Part shown: one piece after another, positions 6,310 through 10,213 of the stretch
How the letters are laid out: every line of letters begins with the position of its first letter
Numbering within the stretch: position 1 is the stretch's first letter
Assembly (NCBI GenBank): GCA_034408725.1
Contig: JAWXCN010000230.1
Coordinates: forward strand, 1-10,213
From: Candidatus Hydrogenedentota bacterium
GTDB lineage: Bacteria > Hydrogenedentota > Hydrogenedentia > Hydrogenedentales > SLHB01
Length of the DNA: 10,213 bases
Direction: 5' to 3'
The notes under the pieces: model-generated
Seen by the model: only the letters and a program-made list of their open reading frames with translations
Told to the model about the DNA's origin: nothing
Databases searched by the model: none
Program-made: the position numbers and the translations under genes

Positions 6310-7057
6310 CTATACGTCCCACGCTCGCAACGCATCCAGGACGGCGTGATTGGTGACGTCGCGGTGGAGCGGGGTAAGGCTCACGTCGCCGTGTTCGATG
6401 GCTTCAAAGTCCGTGCCTGGTTCGAGGTGGTGGCTAGGTTCGTTGCCGCCGATCCAGTAATACACGCGCCCGCGCGGGTCTTCGCGCCGCACGATTTCGT
6501 CCTGATAGTGCCGGCGCCCCATGCGCGTAATGCGAATCGGGCCCAACTGGTCCGGCGGCACGTCTGGCACGTTCACGTTGAGCACGGTATCCGCGGGCAA
6601 TCCGGAAGCCAGGACTTTCTCCGCGACTCGCCGCGCAACGATGCCGGCGGTTTCCAAATACTTCGGAACGTACGCGACATCTGACACTGCGATCGCGTCG
6701 ATGCCGAGCAGCATGCCTTCGTACGCGCCCGCGACGGTACCGGAGTACGTTACGTCATCGCCGAGATTCGCGCCGGGGTTCACCCCGGAGACGACGAGGT
6801 CCGGTTTACGCTCCATGAGATCGCGCACGGCGAGCATTACGCAATCCGTCGGCGTGCCATCGACCATGAACCAATGGTCCTTGTATTGCGTTACGCGCAA
6901 CGGACGATGCAGCGAAACGCCATGGCCCACCGCGCTTTGTTGACGGTCGGGAGCACACCCAGACGTCGCCCAGCGGCGCGAGCGCCTCGGCAAGGATCGC
7001 CAGTCCCGGCGCGTGGATGCCATCGTCATTTGTAACCAGAATTTGCGGAGTTGTCAT
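6310..7057 (-). pseudogene. surE: 5'/3'-nucleotidase SurE, frameshifted near 6955 (real lesion or sequencing error)
   Basis: One frame from ATG 7057 gives MTTPQILVTNDDGIHAPGLAILAEALAPLGDVWV. Another frame continues APDRQQSAVGHGVSL...VDGTPTDCV...PDLVVSGVNPGANLGDDVTYSGTVAGA...LNVNVP...DPRGRVYYWIG...VSLTPL, all hallmark SurE motifs. The span is 748 nt; adding 2 nt gives a 249-aa protein. Confidence 0.9.
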
Positions 7058-7073
7058 GGGCCTAAGTTTAGCA
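7058..7073 (-). promoter_or_regulatory. Putative extended -10 promoter giving a leaderless surE mRNA
   Basis: The minus strand reads TGC-TAAACT-TAGGCCC-ATG: a TGn-TAnnnT element 7 nt before the start codon, with no convincing Shine-Dalgarno. Confidence 0.5.
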
Positions 7074-7194
7074 GACGTGTTCGACGAGGTGCGAAGGGCC
7101 TCGCCTGTTTCTCGTTCCCAAATTCTTCGTTCCCAGGCGGTGGCTTCGCGTACAGCGTAATCGTACACGCGCGGCGTGGCAGGTTACCGAAGTG

Positions 7195-7225
7195 AAAGCG
7201 GTAGCTCCGCTACCGTACTCCAAGG
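7195..7225 (-). repeat. Single REP-like unit (class C)
   Basis: The minus strand reads CCTTGGAGTA-CGGTAGC-GGA-GCTACCG-CTTT, with the same CCTTGGAGT...CCGCTTT ends as the doublet at 9899-10074. It starts 2 nt after the ligase stop codon. Confidence 0.8.
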
Positions 7226-7227
7226 TT

Positions 7228-8025
7228 CTACCTCCGCGCGGTCCATTCGGGGTTGGCGTATTTTTCTTTGACCAGCGTACGGATTGCGTCGCGTTCGTCT
7301 TCGCGAATTGAATCGGCGCCTACCTCCGCTCCGAATGCGCGGCGGAACACTGCGCGAACGGCGGCGGCGTCGAGCGGGAGGCTGCGCACGAACGCGCGGT
7401 GTGTGCGATCCCCGCGATACTGCGGGCGGTCGGCGGGTTCGATCAGGTAGCGTTCCATGAGCGCGGGGTCCATGCCGTACAGCAGCGTGCCGTGGTGCAG
7501 CATGAAGCGTTTGCGCCGCCGCTGCGCGTTGCCGGAGATTTTCCTGCCGCGCGCCGCGAGGTCCGAAATGCCTTTGTGCGACGCGGTGACGCCAACTTCT
7601 TTCAACGCGGCGGCAAGACGGTTGAGCACGAAACAATAGCTATCGCGGATGGTCCCGATTTCCGGGAAATGCGCGTGCGAGATCACGAGCGAATAATTGA
7701 GACAGCCCGGCCCCTGCAACACGCACCCCCCCGCGGAACACCGGCGCAAAATGCGGACGCCGTCGCTCGCGCAGGCTTCCACGCGCGCGTGTTCGCGCAA
7801 GACCTGCGACACGCCAAGCACGACAAACTTCGTTTCGCACTCCCAAATGCGGAGCGTGTCCGTGCCGCGTCCGTCTTCCGCATCGTCGAGCAGCAACTCG
7901 TCGTAGGCGAGGTTCTCCGCGGGTTTTGAAAAGGACACATCAAGCACGCGCATGGGCGCGGGCCACGGCGTCAGCGCGCGCGGCTTGCCAGTCGCGCAGG
8001 TCCTGTCCGTCTCGTCAACCGTCAT
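7228..8025 (-). CDS. Lipoate-protein ligase A family protein (BPL/LplA/LipB catalytic domain only)
   Basis: Motifs ENLAYDELLL, LRIWE...VVLGVSQ, RRCSAGGCVLQGPGCLNYS (cf. RRxSGGGAV..D.G.LNYS), SDL...GRKISGNAQRR (catalytic Lys), HHGTLL. No LplA C-terminal domain. ATG 8025 is 3 nt after the upstream stop; ATG 7953 is an alternative start. Confidence 0.88.
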   Translation of the reverse strand: MTVDETDRTCATGKPRALTPWPAPMRVLDVSFSKPAENLAYDELLLDDAEDGRGTDTLRIWECETKFVVLGVSQVLREHARVEACASDGVRILRRCSAGGCVLQGPGCLNYSLVISHAHFPEIGTIRDSYCFVLNRLAAALKEVGVTASHKGISDLAARGRKISGNAQRRRKRFMLHHGTLLYGMDPALMERYLIEPADRPQYRGDRTHRAFVRSLPLDAAAVRAVFRRAFGAEVGADSIREDERDAIRTLVKEKYANPEWTARR

Positions 8026-8028
8026 GCG

Positions 8029-9813
8029 CTAGCGGGCCGCACTCGCGGTTTTTGTGATCGCCTGGCCGGTCTTCGGATCGACCTGGATACCCAGGTTCTC
8101 GCCGTCATTCACGAAGAAAATATATCCGTCCATCATCTCGTGGAACGTTTGCGGGCCATACTCGACGGTCGCTTTCGCATCCGGATTGAAAGGGTTGAAT
8201 GGACTATTGTCAAACTGCGACGCGCACTCGATCTTCGTGCCCGCGGGCAGCTTTTTCGCAGTCGCGGGATCATAGACATACGGCATTTGCCAACCAAAAC
8301 TGTAATTCGGAATGACCAACAAGGTTTCCTGTTTGCCATCGGGGTAGTGCGCGTAGAACTTCGTATTTTTGCCGCGCAGGTGCATGTGTACAAACAGCGC
8401 GATGGCCGTGGCGTCATCTTCGATGATCTTCGTCGCGCCCACCGGCTGCGCATCGACGCCGGGCGGAATTGTAAAGCCGCGCGCGCTAAGCACCTTGTGG
8501 CGCGCCTGCTTCTTGATCGTTTCTTTCGCATACCGCAGACCAACGCTCATCTGGTTCGTTTCCGGTTTCCCCGTGGTCACGTAATGCACCTGGATCGTCA
8601 GCACCGCGCCCTTGGGAATGAGAAACGCCACGCCGTCCGTCAGCATTGCCGGCAATCCGCCCGGCACGCGGCCCGTGAGAAAGTTCGAGTCTTCCTTATA
8701 GCCGGCGGGCGGGATGGTGTACACGACGTTAGCATGGTGTACGACGCGTGGGTTGCTCGGCTGGATTTGGATGCCCTGCACCCACGTATCTTCCGGAAAC
8801 AGGTATGGCAGCGTGACGTATTCGTAGTCGATTACGCCCTGCGCCGCGAGTTCATACGTCTTCTCTTCGGTGAGGACGATGTCCGGTTCGCCGATGATCC
8901 ATTTCGAGTCCGGGTAGTCCACCGGCGCGGGCGCTTTCGCGAGATCGCCCATCGCTTTTCCGCCATTCACCCACTGCAGCAGCGTGCGCTTCTCGTCCAC
9001 GCTCAGCGTCCACGCATTCGCCCACGAACCAAAATCAGGGTGTGCGTACCAAGGCGGCATTCGGCCATCCGTGATCGCTTCCGCCAATGCGTTCGCCTTC
9101 GTGGAAACCTCTTGGTAGGTCGTCAATGCGAAAGGCGCTTCGGTGCCTTCGTGATGGCACGGCATGCAGCTTTTCTGAAGGATCGGCGCGACGTGTTCCG
9201 CAAACGTGATTTCCGATTCCGGCGCGGGCACGTCGGCAAAAGTAATCTCGCACCCTTCTACAGGGGTTTCCGCAATTTCTACGGTGGCGCCCGCGAGCAC
9301 TGCGTCGATCGCAAGTCTCAGGTCTTCACGGCCAACATTCGGGTTTTCCCCGGAAACGCGATGTTGATCATCAATGCGTCCGCGATACCGGATAATGCCG
9401 TTCGCATCGAGCACGACAGCCTGCGGCGTGCGCGTCGCGCCAAGCGCCATGCAAACGCCGCCATCGAAGTCCTTCACCACGGGCACAGCGATCTTGTATT
9501 CGAGTGCGTGATAGGCCATCTGCTGGATAGAGTCGTCGGCACCGGCGTTGACGATTGCGAAGACGACGCCCTTGTCCGCATATGCCGCGCTCAGATCGTT
9601 GATCTTCGGGATGTACCGCTGCGCGACCGGACACGTGGTCGAAGAAAACACCAACACATACGCTTTCGCATCGCCGAGGTCGCGCAGCGTGCGCGTCACG
9701 TAGCGGATGTCCTTAAATTCGATTTTGCCGGCCTTGGCGCCGATTGGCGCCTCTGCCGCGGCGGGAAACGCGCCCGCGGCAACCATCGCGAAACACAGAA
9801 TTGCCCGAATCAT
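8029..9813 (-). CDS. Secreted redoxin (AhpC/TSA-like) + cytochrome c + copper type II ascorbate-dependent monooxygenase-like fusion protein, 594 aa
   Basis: RBS GGAGGT supports ATG 9813. Signal peptide MIRAILCFAMVAAGAFPAAA|EA. Redoxin: VLVFSSTTCPVA...GATRTPQAVVLD...IRYRGRIDDQ...GCEI. Heme: CMPCH (about 9154-9168) with MPPW. PHM/DBH-like copper ligands: VVHHA, QVHY, HMHLRGK, EMM. Confidence 0.85.
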   Translation of the reverse strand: MIRAILCFAMVAAGAFPAAAEAPIGAKAGKIEFKDIRYVTRTLRDLGDAKAYVLVFSSTTCPVAQRYIPKINDLSAAYADKGVVFAIVNAGADDSIQQMAYHALEYKIAVPVVKDFDGGVCMALGATRTPQAVVLDANGIIRYRGRIDDQHRVSGENPNVGREDLRLAIDAVLAGATVEIAETPVEGCEITFADVPAPESEITFAEHVAPILQKSCMPCHHEGTEAPFALTTYQEVSTKANALAEAITDGRMPPWYAHPDFGSWANAWTLSVDEKRTLLQWVNGGKAMGDLAKAPAPVDYPDSKWIIGEPDIVLTEEKTYELAAQGVIDYEYVTLPYLFPEDTWVQGIQIQPSNPRVVHHANVVYTIPPAGYKEDSNFLTGRVPGGLPAMLTDGVAFLIPKGAVLTIQVHYVTTGKPETNQMSVGLRYAKETIKKQARHKVLSARGFTIPPGVDAQPVGATKIIEDDATAIALFVHMHLRGKNTKFYAHYPDGKQETLLVIPNYSFGWQMPYVYDPATAKKLPAGTKIECASQFDNSPFNPFNPDAKATVEYGPQTFHEMMDGYIFFVNDGENLGIQVDPKTGQAITKTASAAR

Positions 9814-9898
9814 ATTGCCCACCTCCACCGTGTAGCAGTCTTGACTCCACGCCGCGCCAGCCTTTGCGCGGCAGCAACCACTATACACCAACAGGCCC

Positions 9899-10074
9899 GC
9901 GCCTTGGAGTGCGGCGTGTCAGCGCCGCTTTCACTTCGCATAGCCGAATGTCTCAATAAATTTGCAGGCATCAGGGACACGTGAATCGAAACCAGCGGAG
10001 TCGACCTTAAGTGCGTAGCGAATTTCCCCAGGAAATGGAAAGCGGCAGCTACCCGCTCCCGCACTCCAAGGCGC
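9899..10074. repeat. REP-like inverted doublet (class C)
   Basis: 9899-9914 GCGCCTTGGAGTGCGG is the exact reverse complement of 10059-10074. The inner ends GCCGCTTT (9924-9931) and AAAGCGGC (10039-10046) also match. Each arm folds (GCGGCG-TGTCAG-CGCCGC; GCGGGAGC-GGGTA-GCTGCCGC). The spacer is 107 nt. Confidence 0.85.
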
Positions 10075-10091
10075 TCCGCGCGGACTAGACG

Positions 10092-10211
10092 TCATTTAGC
10101 CGCGCCAGTGCCGCCTTTTACGGCGTCACGCCCGTTGTGAGGGACTACAGCGTGAAAGCCCGGCTCCGGAAAGCGGCGGGAATTCAGGCTGGGGGCGGCG
10201 TCAGAATTTCG
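10092..10211 (-). CDS. Possible C-terminal end of an upstream gene (unidentified)
   Basis: One minus frame is open from the window edge for 39 codons (RNSDAAPSLNSRRFPEPGFHAVVPHNGRDAVKGGTGAAK*) and ends 17 nt before the REP doublet. This could arise by chance at this GC content. Confidence 0.2.
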   Translation of the reverse strand, partial: RNSDAAPSLNSRRFPEPGFHAVVPHNGRDAVKGGTGAAK

Positions 10212-10213
10212 CG

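Noticed and set aside
7112-7135. TCGTTCCCA direct repeat (7112-7120, 7127-7135), perhaps a remnant of another REP family or an operator
   Set aside because: Only 9 bp twice and no complementary TGGGAACGA arm, so too weak to call.
6806-7168. 120-aa ORF as a separate gene
   Set aside because: Residues 38-71 are the SurE N-terminus; the rest is upstream non-coding DNA and out-of-frame read-through after the frameshift.
9851-9885. Minus-strand TATAGT (9880-9885) and a 7-bp hairpin (9851-9872) upstream of the redoxin fusion
   Set aside because: A plausible -10 but with no -35 or correctly placed TG extension. A 7-bp GC stem is expected by chance.
8140-9984. 614-aa plus-strand ORF
   Set aside because: Antisense shadow of the redoxin fusion. 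It is Arg-rich, has no motifs, and runs through a REP arm. Long antisense frames are common in high-GC genes.
10121-10200. GC-rich hairpins with GAAA-like loops suggesting a riboswitch or SRP-like RNA
   Set aside because: No match to the conserved cores I know (SRP, c-di-GMP, c-di-AMP). The pairing is explainable by GC content and the region is cut by the window edge. An Rfam cmscan would settle it.

Overview
GC-rich bacterial chromosomal DNA. It contains no RNA gene, CRISPR array or transposase that I can support. In order: the 3' end of a glycoside-hydrolase-like gene (+), a convergent polytopic membrane protein (-), three tandem HtrA/DegP-family trypsin+2xPDZ genes (+), a frameshifted surE (-), a lipoate-protein ligase A family gene (-), and a secreted redoxin/cytochrome c/copper-monooxygenase fusion (-). 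The most striking signal is that the three HtrA paralogs have three different catalytic triads. The first is a lipoprotein with canonical His-Asp-Ser. The second overlaps it, has Asn and Val in place of Asp and Ser, and is a predicted pseudoprotease. The third is separately transcribed, has a sigma54-type promoter motif, and has Glu at the catalytic Asp position. The intergenic regions hold seven GGAG-led REP-like hairpins in three sequence classes, mostly as inverted doublets and often 1-2 nt after stop codons, plus a separate ACACGGAC-type inverted/tandem repeat. All family calls come from motif recognition by eye; no searches were run.
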